A DNA stretch of 64,000 nt, from assembly GCA_028693275.1 (NCBI GenBank), contig JAQUVS010000001.1, forward strand, positions 2,741 through 66,740, written 5' to 3'. Source of the stretch: Bacilli bacterium (lineage in GTDB: Bacteria; Bacillota_I; Bacilli_A; RF39; UBA660). Position numbers and translations under genes: made by a program. Below the pieces are notes generated by a model. The model searched no databases, was not told the origin of the DNA, and saw only the letters and a list, made by a program, of their open reading frames with translations. Shown here one piece after another: positions 31,648 to 41,816 of this stretch (position 1 is its first letter; each line of letters begins with the position of its first letter).

Positions 31648-34140
31648 TTATTTTCCACAACATTGTTTATATTTTTTTCCGCTTCCACAACTACATAAAT
31701 CATTTCTTCCGATTTTATCCACTTTTTTTGGGGATTTCTTTAAGGAATCATCACTGTCATTAGTTATTTTTTTATTTGAAACTTCTTTTCTTTCAATGTT
31801 TTGTTTAATTTCTGATTTTATAATCATTATAGTTATATCTTTATCTATTTTTTGCATCATTGCATCAAATAAGTCAAATCCTTCAATTGTATATGCTCTT
31901 AATGGGTCTTCTTGAGCATAACCTCTTAAATATATTCCTTCTCTTAAATGAGACATTGTGTTAATGTGTTCTGTCCAATGATGATCTATTACATTTAATG
32001 AAATTGCTTTTTCAAATTCATCTTTTATTTCTTGAGGAACTTCTTGTATTTTTTTAATATATTCTTTATCTACTGCTTCTGTTATTGTTTCAATAATTTC
32101 ATTTGGTTTTTTGTTGTCTAATTCTTCTTTATCTAAATCCTTATTTAGAAGATTTTGATTAGCAAAATCTAATATTGCTTGTACGTCTTCATTATTTAAT
32201 CTTCCTTCAGGATATAAATGTGAATTAACTAAGTCGGTAATATGATTTTTGATGGTTTTAAGAACTGTATCATGTATTGATTCACTATCTAAAATCTCAT
32301 TTCTTCTTGAATACATTATTTCTCTTTGGTTATTCATAACATCATCGTATTGTAATAATTGTTTACGAGTATCAAAGTTATTTCCTTCAACTCTTGCTTG
32401 TGCTGAACCTATAGCCTTTGTAAAAGTTTTACTTCTAATAGCTTGAGTTTCTTCAAAACCAAAACTTTGCATCATACCTTTAATTCTATCAGAACCAAAT
32501 CTAATCATCAATTCATCTTCCATAGAAACAAAGAATTGAGTAAATCCAGGGTCTCCTTGACGACCAGCTCTACCTCTTAACTGATTATCAATACGTCTTG
32601 ATTCATGTCTTTCTGTACCAATAACACATAATCCACCTATGTTTCTAACTTGGTCTGATAATTTAATATCTGTACCACGTCCTGCCATATTTGTTGCTAT
32701 TGTTACTGATTTTCCAAGACCTATTTTTTCTATTATTTCTGCTTCTCTTAAATGATTTTTTGCATTTAATACTTCATGAGGAACTTTTCTTTGTCTAAGC
32801 ATTTGGCTTAATAGTTCACTTGTTTCTATTGCAATTGTACCAACCAAAACTGGTTGTCCTAGACTATATCTTCTTTCTATTTCGTTAACAATTGCTTTAT
32901 ACTTTCCGGCTTTTGTTGAATATAATAAATCGGGCATATCTTCACGGATAACAGGTTTATTTGTAGGAATAGTAATAACAAACATGTTATATATATTTCT
33001 AAATTCTTCTTCTTCTGTTTTAGCAGTACCTGTCATACCTGATAATTTTTTATACATTCTAAATAAATTTTGGAAGGTAATAGTAGCTAAAGTTTTAGTT
33101 TCTTGGTTTATTTTTACCCCTTCTTTAGCTTCAATAGCTTGATGAAGACCATCGCTATAAGCTCTACCTTTCATCAAACGACCAGTAAATTGGTCAACAA
33201 TTACTATTTCACCATCTTGTACAACGTAATCTACATCATTTTTCATTGAGTAATTAGCTCTTAAAGCTTGATTAATGTAATGTACTAATTCTGAGTTTTC
33301 AGTATCATATAGATTTTTCAATTTAAAATGCTTTTCAGCTTTTTTTGTTCCTTCGTCTGTTAAAGTAACACTTTTTGTTTTTTCATCATATATAAAATCT
33401 TCTTCTCTTTTTATTTTTTTAGAGAATATATCAGCGTCTATATATAAATTTGCACTTTTAAATTCTCCTCCTGAAATAATAAGAGGAGTTCTTGCTTCGT
33501 CTATTAAAACCGAATCAACTTCATCTATAATTGCAAAATTAAGTTCTCTTTGCACTCTATTTTCTTTTCTTACAACCATGTTATCTCTTAGATAATCAAA
33601 TCCAATCTCATTGTTTGTTGAATACAATATGTCACATGCATATTGTTCTTGTTTTTCTTTTGGATTTAACTCTCTTATGTTAATACCAACAGTTAATCCT
33701 AAAAATCTGTGAATGTTTCCCATCCAATTTGCATCACGATTTGCTAGATATTCATTTACAGTAATTATATGAACACCTTTTCCTGTTAAAGCATTTAGAT
33801 ATGCTGGCATAACACTTGTTAAAGTTTTACCTTCACCAGTTTTCATTTCTGCAATGTTACCAAAATGAATTGCTAATGCACCTAGTACTTGGACATAGAA
33901 TGGTTTTTCACCGATAACTCTGAAACACGCTTCTCTAGCTGTTGCAAATGCTTCAACTAAAACATCATCTAGCGTTTCTCCATTATTTAATCTTTCTTTA
34001 AATTTAGAAGTGTTATTTTTCAACTCTTCATCTGTTAATTTTTGCATTTCTTCATCTAATGCAAAAACCTTATCTGCTATATTGCTAAATTTTTTTAATT
34101 CTTTATACTCATGGTCAAAAATACTTTTTATAATACTCAT
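31648..34140 (-). CDS. secA: Preprotein translocase ATPase SecA
   Basis: Start MSIIKSIF at 34140 with GGAGA SD. MKTGEGKTL Walker A, DEAD-like motor, C-terminal zinc finger CSCGSGKKYKQCCG. Confidence 0.96.
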   Translation of the reverse strand: MSIIKSIFDHEYKELKKFSNIADKVFALDEEMQKLTDEELKNNTSKFKERLNNGETLDDVLVEAFATAREACFRVIGEKPFYVQVLGALAIHFGNIAEMKTGEGKTLTSVMPAYLNALTGKGVHIITVNEYLANRDANWMGNIHRFLGLTVGINIRELNPKEKQEQYACDILYSTNNEIGFDYLRDNMVVRKENRVQRELNFAIIDEVDSVLIDEARTPLIISGGEFKSANLYIDADIFSKKIKREEDFIYDEKTKSVTLTDEGTKKAEKHFKLKNLYDTENSELVHYINQALRANYSMKNDVDYVVQDGEIVIVDQFTGRLMKGRAYSDGLHQAIEAKEGVKINQETKTLATITFQNLFRMYKKLSGMTGTAKTEEEEFRNIYNMFVITIPTNKPVIREDMPDLLYSTKAGKYKAIVNEIERRYSLGQPVLVGTIAIETSELLSQMLRQRKVPHEVLNAKNHLREAEIIEKIGLGKSVTIATNMAGRGTDIKLSDQVRNIGGLCVIGTERHESRRIDNQLRGRAGRQGDPGFTQFFVSMEDELMIRFGSDRIKGMMQSFGFEETQAIRSKTFTKAIGSAQARVEGNNFDTRKQLLQYDDVMNNQREIMYSRRNEILDSESIHDTVLKTIKNHITDLVNSHLYPEGRLNNEDVQAILDFANQNLLNKDLDKEELDNKKPNEIIETITEAVDKEYIKKIQEVPQEIKDEFEKAISLNVIDHHWTEHINTMSHLREGIYLRGYAQEDPLRAYTIEGFDLFDAMMQKIDKDITIMIIKSEIKQNIERKEVSNKKITNDSDDSLKKSPKKVDKIGRNDLCSCGSGKKYKQCCGK

Positions 34141-34220
34141 AATTACATCTCCTTTTACCACAGTTAATATTGTAACAAAATTTAATTAAAAATAATAGTA
34201 TTTTGTTGTTTTTACAAATA

Positions 34221-34246
34221 AAAAAAGGATAAAACTATCCTTTTTT
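34221..34246 (-). terminator. Rho-independent terminator after hpf
   Basis: AAGGATA-GTTT-TATCCTT flanked by A6/T7 runs. Bidirectional. Confidence 0.55.
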
Positions 34247-34247
34247 A

Positions 34248-34769
34248 TTATTCACCATCTATAATTCCGTAATTTCCGTCTTTTCTCTTATATAGAACGG
34301 TTGGATTATTAGTTACTATATCTTTATATAAATAAAATTGATGACCTAAAAGTTCCATTTGAATTATTGCTTCTTCATCAGACATTGGCTTTAATTCAAC
34401 GCTTTTTCTTTTAACAATATTTTTATCTTCAATTTCATCTTCTTCAGCATAATCAAAGATAAATTCTTTGGCTTCTTTTATTTTCTTTGCTTTTAATCTA
34501 GTTTTATTTTTTCTGATTTGTCTTTCTAATTTGTCTACAACTAAATCTATAGCAGAATAAAAATCATCACTTACCTCCTCTGCTCTTAAAATAAAAGATT
34601 TTAACGGTATAGTAACTTCAACTTTTTGTTCACGTCCTGAAACTTTTGCTAGAACATGAGCATTGACTTCTTCGGCATTTTCAACATACTTATTTAGCTT
34701 TGAAATTTTATCTTTTGCATATTCTTCCATAGCTTTAGTAATTGTTAATTTTTCGCCTCTAATATTCAT
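34248..34769 (-). CDS. hpf: Ribosome hibernation-promoting factor (long form)
   Basis: MNIRGEKLTIT... YfiA fold plus C-terminal dimerisation domain. About 173 aa. Confidence 0.8.
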   Translation of the reverse strand: MNIRGEKLTITKAMEEYAKDKISKLNKYVENAEEVNAHVLAKVSGREQKVEVTIPLKSFILRAEEVSDDFYSAIDLVVDKLERQIRKNKTRLKAKKIKEAKEFIFDYAEEDEIEDKNIVKRKSVELKPMSDEEAIIQMELLGHQFYLYKDIVTNNPTVLYKRKDGNYGIIDGE

Positions 34770-34820
34770 TATCATACATCTACCTCCTATAGAAATTATA
34801 GCATATTTTAATAAAAAAAT

Positions 34821-35036
34821 CTACCTTTTGTCTACTGATTTGACTATGTTTATATTAACTGCTGAAGGACCTTTTTTAGTTTCAATTACATCAAAAATAA
34901 CTGCGTCACCTGAATTTATTTCTTTATACCCCTCCATATTAATGTTACTATAATGAACATAAATTTGTTCACCATATTTAGTCTCAATAAAACCATATCC
35001 TAGACTGTTATCAAACCACTTTACAACACCTTTCAT
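34821..35036 (-). CDS. Cold-shock protein
   Basis: MKGVVKWFDNSLGYGFIE. RNP1/RNP2 motifs. 71 aa. Confidence 0.92.
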   Translation of the reverse strand: MKGVVKWFDNSLGYGFIETKYGEQIYVHYSNINMEGYKEINSGDAVIFDVIETKKGPSAVNINIVKSVDKR

Positions 35037-35066
35037 TCTCTCACCTCAATATTATATTATCAAAAA

Positions 35067-35090
35067 AGTTACTAAAATTAATTAGTAACT
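35067..35090 (-). terminator. Hairpin overlapping 3' end of the GT4 gene
   Basis: AGTTACTAA-AATTAA-TTAGTAACT with T-runs on both sides. Confidence 0.4.
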
Positions 35091-36178
35091 TTCTTTTTTT
35101 TGATTTTTTCTTTTATATCTTTTATTTTAGGCGGCTTTTTTTCTGTAATAATATTTGTATAAAGAACAAACCATATTAGTATTACTATTAGTATTATATA
35201 AAATATTCTTGCTGGTACAGGATCTTTTAAAACATAAAAGATTGATGTTAGTGCAAACATTATATTAATTAAATAGATTATTAATACTGTTTTCCTTTGG
35301 GAAAAATTCATTCCTAATAGTTGGTGGTGAACGTGATCCTTATCTGCTGAAAAAATTGGTTGCCCTTTTAATGCTCTTCTTATAATTGCAAATATCATAT
35401 CTAGTATTGGCAATCCTAAAATTATTATTGATGGTACAAAAAGGGAAGTTAATGCAGTTCCTTTAAATCCTAGTAATGCTACAATAGAAATCATAAATCC
35501 CATAAACATACTACAATCACCTGCAAATATTTTTGCTGGATAGAAATTATGAACAAGGAAACCTAGTGTAGAACCTAACATAATAAAAGTTAAGATCATT
35601 TCAAGGGAACCAAATCTTCCTTGATAAGCACAAATTATTCCTGTCGTTAGATAGAAAATTGATGTTACCCCACCGCTTAATCCGTCTAATCCATCAGTCA
35701 AATTGATAATATTGATACATGCTACCATAAAAATTACTGTTATTGGATAAGCAAACATCCCAAAATCAAAATACATCCCAAATGCACTTATATCATTTAA
35801 GACGATATTTCCATAAAATACTACTACTGATGCAGCTATTATTTGACCAAGTAATTTTCTAGATGCTCTCAAATCATGTATATCATCTATTATTCCTGTT
35901 AATATTATAATGAAACTACCTATTAATATTGAATTCATCTTGATACTGTGTCCACCAAACAACATATAACCAAAGAGAAAACTTAAGAATATTCCAACTC
36001 CACCTAATTTAGGAATGGGTTTTTTATGAATATGTCTTTTTCCTTCACAATCTCTAGGAACATCTATTGCACCAATATGGTGAGCGACTTTTTTCATTAT
36101 TGGCATTATTAAAGTACTAAATAATAACGTAACAAATGTTATTTTTAAAATTTCTATTATTTCTGTATTAGACATCAT
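35078..36178 (-). CDS. Glycosyltransferase family 4 polyprenyl-phosphate sugar-1-phosphate transferase (MraY/WecA/TagO-like)
   Basis: About 10 TM segments. Signature NLTDGLDGLSGG. 366 aa. Confidence 0.65.
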   Translation of the reverse strand: MMSNTEIIEILKITFVTLLFSTLIMPIMKKVAHHIGAIDVPRDCEGKRHIHKKPIPKLGGVGIFLSFLFGYMLFGGHSIKMNSILIGSFIIILTGIIDDIHDLRASRKLLGQIIAASVVVFYGNIVLNDISAFGMYFDFGMFAYPITVIFMVACINIINLTDGLDGLSGGVTSIFYLTTGIICAYQGRFGSLEMILTFIMLGSTLGFLVHNFYPAKIFAGDCSMFMGFMISIVALLGFKGTALTSLFVPSIIILGLPILDMIFAIIRRALKGQPIFSADKDHVHHQLLGMNFSQRKTVLIIYLINIMFALTSIFYVLKDPVPARIFYIILIVILIWFVLYTNIITEKKPPKIKDIKEKIKKKKVTN

Positions 36179-36205
36179 TACACCTCTTTTGTAATTATAT
36201 CATAT

Positions 36206-36643
36206 TTAAATCTTTAAATATGGATTTTTATATATAATAGAAGCTTGTTTTATTATTTCATAATAATTATATTCTTCTTCTATGAATATTATTCTATTAT
36301 TATCTATAATTGTTGAAAATTCTTTTTTATTTTGATTTAAAAAGTCATTTTTATCTTCATAAGGCCAACTATTAATTAGAACTCCTAATTTATACAAGTA
36401 AGCTTTTTTTGTTTTTTCATTTAAAATGAGAATTTGATATGGAGAGTTAATATTTATTTTATTTTTATATAAATGTATATTAAGAAAATTGTTGGTTTTA
36501 CTTTCATCTGTTAAAATAATCTTCTTTTTTTGTTTTAATTTACTAATATATTCTTCATTAAAATCTATTTTTACTACTTTTTTATTTTTAATTTTAATTA
36601 TTTGATTATCGTCTACTATGACTATTTTATTTATCATAAACAT
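36206..36643 (-). CDS. Hypothetical protein (145 aa, Lys/Asn/Ile-rich)
   Basis: ORF only. Start abuts the stop of the upstream small membrane ORF. Confidence 0.35.
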   Translation of the reverse strand: MFMINKIVIVDDNQIIKIKNKKVVKIDFNEEYISKLKQKKKIILTDESKTNNFLNIHLYKNKININSPYQILILNEKTKKAYLYKLGVLINSWPYEDKNDFLNQNKKEFSTIIDNNRIIFIEEEYNYYEIIKQASIIYKNPYLKI

Positions 36644-36835
36644 TTAATTCACTGATAAAAATATTTCATAAGTAAAAGAAGTAATTAATTGAATTAATGA
36701 TATTGCTAGAATAAAATAAAGAGTTTTTGCCTGTTTTTCTTTGTTCTTTTTAAATATTTGATTAATATTTATTGAATCAAGTGACCAAATAACAATAACT
36801 GTTGATATTATGTATATAAAAAATTTAACACTCAT
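36644..36835 (-). CDS. Hypothetical small two-TM membrane protein (63 aa)
   Basis: Two hydrophobic helices. Start overlaps the rpiB stop by 4 nt (ATGA). Confidence 0.35.
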   Translation of the reverse strand: MSVKFFIYIISTVIVIWSLDSININQIFKKNKEKQAKTLYFILAISLIQLITSFTYEIFLSVN

Positions 36836-37281
36836 GATAAATCTCCATTCTCATAATCAGATATTTCTTTTATTCTTCTTTCGAATCTTTCATTTGGAAC
36901 ATAACTTGTTTTTATGAAAGCATCTATAATATCAAGGGCTTTGTATCTAGGCATTTCACCACTTATAGCTATGATATTGGCATTGTTATCCTTTTTAGTT
37001 AAGATGGTTTCTTTGACATTATTAACTTTAGCACATCTTACTCCTTTTACCTTGTTACATGCAATACTTATTCCTATACCAGTTCCACATAAAGCAATAC
37101 CAAAATCATAATTTTCTTTTACGATATCTTGAGACATTTTAAAAGCCATAATAGGATAATCAACGGTGTCTTTTTTTTCTGGGCCAAAATCTATTACTTC
37201 GTACCCTTTTTTATTTAAATACTTTTTAATTTTGTTTTTAAGAGTATAACCTCTATGATCTGATGTTATTGCTATCTTCAT
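36832..37281 (-). CDS. rpiB: Ribose-5-phosphate isomerase B
   Basis: MKIAITSDHRG and CGTGIGISIACNK motifs of the RpiB/LacAB family. Confidence 0.8.
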   Translation of the reverse strand: MKIAITSDHRGYTLKNKIKKYLNKKGYEVIDFGPEKKDTVDYPIMAFKMSQDIVKENYDFGIALCGTGIGISIACNKVKGVRCAKVNNVKETILTKKDNNANIIAISGEMPRYKALDIIDAFIKTSYVPNERFERRIKEISDYENGDLS

Positions 37282-37321
37282 ATACAACCTCCATTATTAA
37301 ATAAATTATATCATTTTAAGG

Positions 37322-37345
37322 AAAAAAAAAATAGACAATTGTCTA
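37322..37345 (-). terminator. Rho-independent terminator after rpmE
   Basis: Perfect palindrome TAGACAATTGTCTA overlapping the TAG stop, followed by T10 on the minus strand. Confidence 0.6.
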
Positions 37346-37552
37346 CTTTTCTGATGAAAGACCGTATTTTTGGTTAAATCTTTCAACTTTACCTGTTTTT
37401 GAAGTTCTTGTTTGTTTTCCAGTATAGAATGGATGACATTTTGAACAAACTTCAACACTCATTTCTTCTTTAGTTGACATTACTGTGAATTCTTCTCCAC
37501 ATGCACATGTAACTTTGCATTCTACATATTCTGGATGAATACCTTTTTTCAT
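37343..37552 (-). CDS. rpmE: 50S ribosomal protein L31
   Basis: MKKGIHPEY start at 37552 with GGAAGGAG SD. CxxC...CxxC zinc ribbon. Confidence 0.88.
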   Translation of the reverse strand: MKKGIHPEYVECKVTCACGEEFTVMSTKEEMSVEVCSKCHPFYTGKQTRTSKTGKVERFNQKYGLSSEK

Positions 37553-37651
37553 ACTATTAACTCCTTCCGCCATGAATCAGTTACTGAATCATAGTAAATA
37601 ATTGCTAGACTATTGTAACAAATTTATTTGTTATTTACAAGCCTTTTTCAT

Positions 37652-38908
37652 TTAATCAATAAATTTTATTTCTGCTCCAACATTATTTAATTTATCGATT
37701 ATATCTTCATATCCTCTTAATATATGTTCAACATTATCAATAGTTGTTGTATTTTTTGCAAGTAATCCAGCTACTACCATTGCAGCACCAGCTCTTAAAT
37801 CTGTCGCTATAACTTCACATCCTGTTAATTCTGTCTTTCCTTCAACTGTTGCTTTATCTCCACACATTTCTATCTTTGCTCCCATTTTATTTAAATATGG
37901 TACATGCATAAATCTATTTTCCCATATTTTTTCTTCTACAATAGACTTTCCGTTAGCTTGTGTTAATAGTGCCATAAATGGTTGTTGCAAGTCTGTTGGA
38001 AATCCAGGGTATACAGCGGTTCTTATATGTGTAGGTTTATATTCTTTTGGCGCGTTAACTATAACATAATCTGTTCCAACTTCCATTTCTACACCCATTT
38101 CTGAAAGTTTTGAAATTACTAATTCTAAATGTTCTGGAATTATATTATCTATTTTTAGATATTTTCCACACATAGCTCCAGCTATTAGATATGTTCCTGC
38201 TTCAATTCTATCAGGAATAACTTCGTGAAAACATCCTGTTAGTTCTGTTACACCTTTTATTTTTATAGTATTTGTTCCAGCACCTTTTATATTTGCTCCC
38301 ATTTGATTTAAGAAGGTAGCAACATTAACAATTTCTGGTTCTTTTGCTGCATTTTCTATAGTTGTAACACCTTTTGCATATACTGCTGCTAGCATAATAT
38401 TAATTGTAGCTCCTACTGAAGCAATATCTAAAAATATATTTGCTCCTTTTAGAACTTTATCTTTTACGTAAACTTTATACTTGTTTCCATCTTCTTCAAC
38501 TGTTGCTCCTAGAGCTTCAAATCCTTTTAGATGTAAGTCGATTGGTCTTGCTCCTATTGAGCATCCACCTGGGAAATGCATTTCTACTTGCTTATATCTT
38601 CCAAGTAATGCCCCCATAAAATAATAAGATGCTCTTAATTTCTTTGAAATACCTTCTGGGATTTCTTTATTTTCAATAGTACTAGAGTCAATTATAATAC
38701 TTTCGCTTGCTCTACTTATATTTGCACCTAAATATTTCAATATTTCTTCTAGTGCTTCTGTGTCTGTTATGTCTGGAACATTACATATTGTAACCTTAGA
38801 GTCACAAAGAATAGCTGCTGGTATTAGTGCAACGGCACTATTTTTAGCTCCACCTATTCTTATAGTTCCAGATAAATTATTACCACCTTTTATTTGTATT
38901 TTACTCAA
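37652..38908 (-). CDS. murA: UDP-N-acetylglucosamine 1-carboxyvinyltransferase
   Basis: 418 aa EPSP-synthase-like fold with catalytic Cys region (HFPGGCSIGARPID). Confidence 0.92.
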   Translation of the reverse strand: MSKIQIKGGNNLSGTIRIGGAKNSAVALIPAAILCDSKVTICNVPDITDTEALEEILKYLGANISRASESIIIDSSTIENKEIPEGISKKLRASYYFMGALLGRYKQVEMHFPGGCSIGARPIDLHLKGFEALGATVEEDGNKYKVYVKDKVLKGANIFLDIASVGATINIMLAAVYAKGVTTIENAAKEPEIVNVATFLNQMGANIKGAGTNTIKIKGVTELTGCFHEVIPDRIEAGTYLIAGAMCGKYLKIDNIIPEHLELVISKLSEMGVEMEVGTDYVIVNAPKEYKPTHIRTAVYPGFPTDLQQPFMALLTQANGKSIVEEKIWENRFMHVPYLNKMGAKIEMCGDKATVEGKTELTGCEVIATDLRAGAAMVVAGLLAKNTTTIDNVEHILRGYEDIIDKLNNVGAEIKFID

Positions 38909-38933
38909 GTTAATCTCCCCTGTCTTGTAGATA

Positions 38934-39776
38934 TTATTTGTTAAGAAATTCTTCTATTTTTGTAGAAATAGTTTCTTTAATTTTATTTTCTCCACTACCA
39001 ATTATTTTTCGTGGATCATACACTTCTTTATTATTTTCAATAAAATTTCTTACTTCTTTTGACCATGATATTTGTAATTCTGTATTAATATTTATTTTGC
39101 TAATTCCACACGAGATAGCTTCTTTTATTTGATAATCAGGTATTCCTGTACCTCCATGAAGAACTAAAGGTTGACTTATATTTTCATTTATTTCTTTCAT
39201 AGTTTTAAAATCTAAATTAGGTTCACCCTTGTATAAACCGTGAACACTCCCAAGTGCTGGTGCTAATGAGTCTACATTCGTTTCTTGTACTAATCTTATA
39301 CATTCATCTAATCTTGCGTTAAAATTTGTACCCGATACACCATCTTCAGTACCACCGATATGCCCTATTTCAGCTTCTACAGAAACATTGAATTGCTTTG
39401 CATAATCAACAACTTTTTTAGTAATTGATATGTTTTCTTCTAACTGTTTTTTCGATGCATCAATCATAACAGAAGTAAATCCTGCATTAATAGCTTTAAT
39501 ACAGACATCATATGATGATCCATGATCTAGATGAAGAACAACATCTATCTTAATGTTTAAATCTTCTATTAAACCAACTACCATGTTATAAACAACTTTA
39601 TAACCACCCATGTATTTTGCAGCACCTTCACTGACACCTAAAATAACAGGCATGTTCTTTTTGTTACATTCTTCTAAAATGTACTTTGTCCATTCTAAAT
39701 TATTTATATTGAATTGAGGTATAGCAAATTTATTTTTTTTTGCTTTTTTTAATATTTCATTACTATTTACTAGCAT
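38934..39776 (-). CDS. fba: Class II fructose-bisphosphate aldolase
   Basis: HLDHG and HGGTG metal-binding motifs. About 280 aa. Confidence 0.8.
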   Translation of the reverse strand: MLVNSNEILKKAKKNKFAIPQFNINNLEWTKYILEECNKKNMPVILGVSEGAAKYMGGYKVVYNMVVGLIEDLNIKIDVVLHLDHGSSYDVCIKAINAGFTSVMIDASKKQLEENISITKKVVDYAKQFNVSVEAEIGHIGGTEDGVSGTNFNARLDECIRLVQETNVDSLAPALGSVHGLYKGEPNLDFKTMKEINENISQPLVLHGGTGIPDYQIKEAISCGISKININTELQISWSKEVRNFIENNKEVYDPRKIIGSGENKIKETISTKIEEFLNK

Positions 39777-39865
39777 ACTTATCACCAATATAATTATAAT
39801 ACATTTAGCAATTTAATTGTTGTTTTTTCTAATATATATAGTTTAAAAGTGTAAACAAATGAAAA

Positions 39866-39886
39866 TTAACCAAATAAATTGGTTAA
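39866..39886 (-). terminator. Hairpin after prmC
   Basis: TTAACCAA-ATAAA-TTGGTTAA overlapping the TAA stop. Confidence 0.4.
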
Positions 39887-40698
39887 TTATATATAAATAT
39901 CATTCTATCTTTTCCTGATAAATCTTTTTTTATGTCAACATTTACTTTATTAAAATTTGCTATTGCTAATTCTTTTATTTTTTCTGCTTGATCGATTCCT
40001 ATCTCAAAAGCAATTAAATATTTGCTATTAAGATTTTTTTTACATGTAGACAATATTTTTTTATAAAAATCTAATCCTTCTTCTCCGCCAAAAAGAGCCA
40101 GATGAGGTTCGTTATTAATAACTATTTCCTCTATTTCTTCTTTTTCTTTTATATAGGGAGGATTACTTATTATTACATCAAAATTATCCTGTATATTATT
40201 CAACAAATCACTATTAACTATATTTACATCTAAATTTAATGATTCTTTGTTTTTTAAAGCTACTTCTAGAGCCTTTTCACTTATATCAGATAGAGTTGCT
40301 TCACAGTCTATTTTGTCCTTTAATGTAAGTCCTATACAACCACTTCCTGTACATAAATCTAAAATATTAATTTTTTTATTACCAAAAATTTTTTTTATAT
40401 ATAAAATAGTATTTTCTACAAGTTCTTCTGTTTCAAATCTAGGTATTAAAACATTTTCATTTACTTCAAAGATGTTCCCATAAAAATTAACATTGCCTAT
40501 AATATATTGAATTGGTTTTTTTGATAAAAATAATTCTAGCTTTTGATTAAATTCATCAAATAAATCGGATGATATTTTCATATCTAAATTATTTAATAAT
40601 TCTAATGGATTCATATTTAATATGCTTGCTAAAAGCATTTTAACTATTGTTGAATTACATTTTTTCTTTCCTTCAACAATTACTTCTTCTAAAGTCAT
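39883..40698 (-). CDS. prmC: Release-factor glutamine N5-methyltransferase
   Basis: NPPY motif (IISNPPYI), SAM-binding LDLCTGSGCIG. Start overlaps the prfA stop. Confidence 0.82.
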   Translation of the reverse strand: MTLEEVIVEGKKKCNSTIVKMLLASILNMNPLELLNNLDMKISSDLFDEFNQKLELFLSKKPIQYIIGNVNFYGNIFEVNENVLIPRFETEELVENTILYIKKIFGNKKINILDLCTGSGCIGLTLKDKIDCEATLSDISEKALEVALKNKESLNLDVNIVNSDLLNNIQDNFDVIISNPPYIKEKEEIEEIVINNEPHLALFGGEEGLDFYKKILSTCKKNLNSKYLIAFEIGIDQAEKIKELAIANFNKVNVDIKKDLSGKDRMIFIYN

Positions 40699-41759
40699 TA
40701 TTCATTACTTCCTTCAAGTTTTCTTTTTTGGTCTTCGTGAATTAACGCTTCTATTACTTCGTCTAGTGATCCATTCATAATTCTATCTAAATTATTTGTT
40801 GTGTAACCTATTCTATGGTCAGTAACTCTGTTTTGAGGATAATTATATGTTCTGATTTTTTCAGATCTGTCTCCAGTACCGATTTTATTTTTTCTTTCAG
40901 CACCTAATTCTGCCTCTTTTATCTGAATTTCTCTTTCATATAATCTTGCTTTTAAAACCTTCATACATTGCTCTTTATTTTGAATTTGACTTCTTTCATT
41001 TTGACATGTAGCTACTGTGTTAGTTGGAATATGTGTAATTCTAACAGCAGAATCTGTAGTATTTACACCTTGTCCTCCACAACCACCACTTCTAAAGATA
41101 TCAATTCTTAAATCAGAAGGGTTTATTTCTATATTAACATCTTCTGCTTCTGGCATTACTAAAACTGTTGCTGTTGATGTTTGAATTCTTCCTTGAGATT
41201 CTGTTGCTGGAACTCTTTGAACTCTGTGAGAACCACTTTCGTATTTTAGTTTTGAATAAACATTTTTACCTTTTAACATGAATTCAATACTTGAGAAACC
41301 TCCAGCTTCGCCATCAATACTATCAATAATTTCTAGTTTAAATCCTTGTTTTTCTGAATATCTAGAATACATTCTAAATAGGTCACCTGCAAAAATATTA
41401 GCTTCATCGCCACCTGCTGCTCCCCTAATTTCAACAATAACATTTTTCCCATCATTAGGGTCTTTTGGAACTAGTAATAATTGTAAATTATTTTCTAATT
41501 TTTCCTTATTTTCTTCTAAAGTAGATAGTTCTTCTTTTGCAAATTCAGCCATTTCTGAATCTTTCAACATTTCTTTTGCTTCTTTTATATCTTCTAAAAC
41601 TTTACTATATTCAGAGTAACAAGAAACTGTTTCTTCTAAGTCACTTGCTTCTTTTGCTAGTTCTTTTGTTTTATTTATATTTTTTAGTATTTCTGGATCC
41701 ATTAGGTCATTATTTAATTGTTCATATCTTTTTTTTATTACTTCTAATCTTTCTATCAT
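40698..41759 (-). CDS. prfA: Peptide chain release factor 1
   Basis: GGQ motif (GGCGGQGVNTTDSAVRITH), PxT-type RF1. 353 aa. Confidence 0.93.
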   Translation of the reverse strand: MIERLEVIKKRYEQLNNDLMDPEILKNINKTKELAKEASDLEETVSCYSEYSKVLEDIKEAKEMLKDSEMAEFAKEELSTLEENKEKLENNLQLLLVPKDPNDGKNVIVEIRGAAGGDEANIFAGDLFRMYSRYSEKQGFKLEIIDSIDGEAGGFSSIEFMLKGKNVYSKLKYESGSHRVQRVPATESQGRIQTSTATVLVMPEAEDVNIEINPSDLRIDIFRSGGCGGQGVNTTDSAVRITHIPTNTVATCQNERSQIQNKEQCMKVLKARLYEREIQIKEAELGAERKNKIGTGDRSEKIRTYNYPQNRVTDHRIGYTTNNLDRIMNGSLDEVIEALIHEDQKRKLEGSNE

Positions 41760-41816
41760 ATATGGATACCTCCTGTTTTTGTATTATATCATATTTACTT
41801 AAAAAAAGAACTACAA

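Noticed and set aside
37571-37595. TGAATCA...TGAATCA repeat just upstream of rpmE
   Set aside because: It is a short direct repeat and not an inverted repeat. It has no obvious function and is probably chance.
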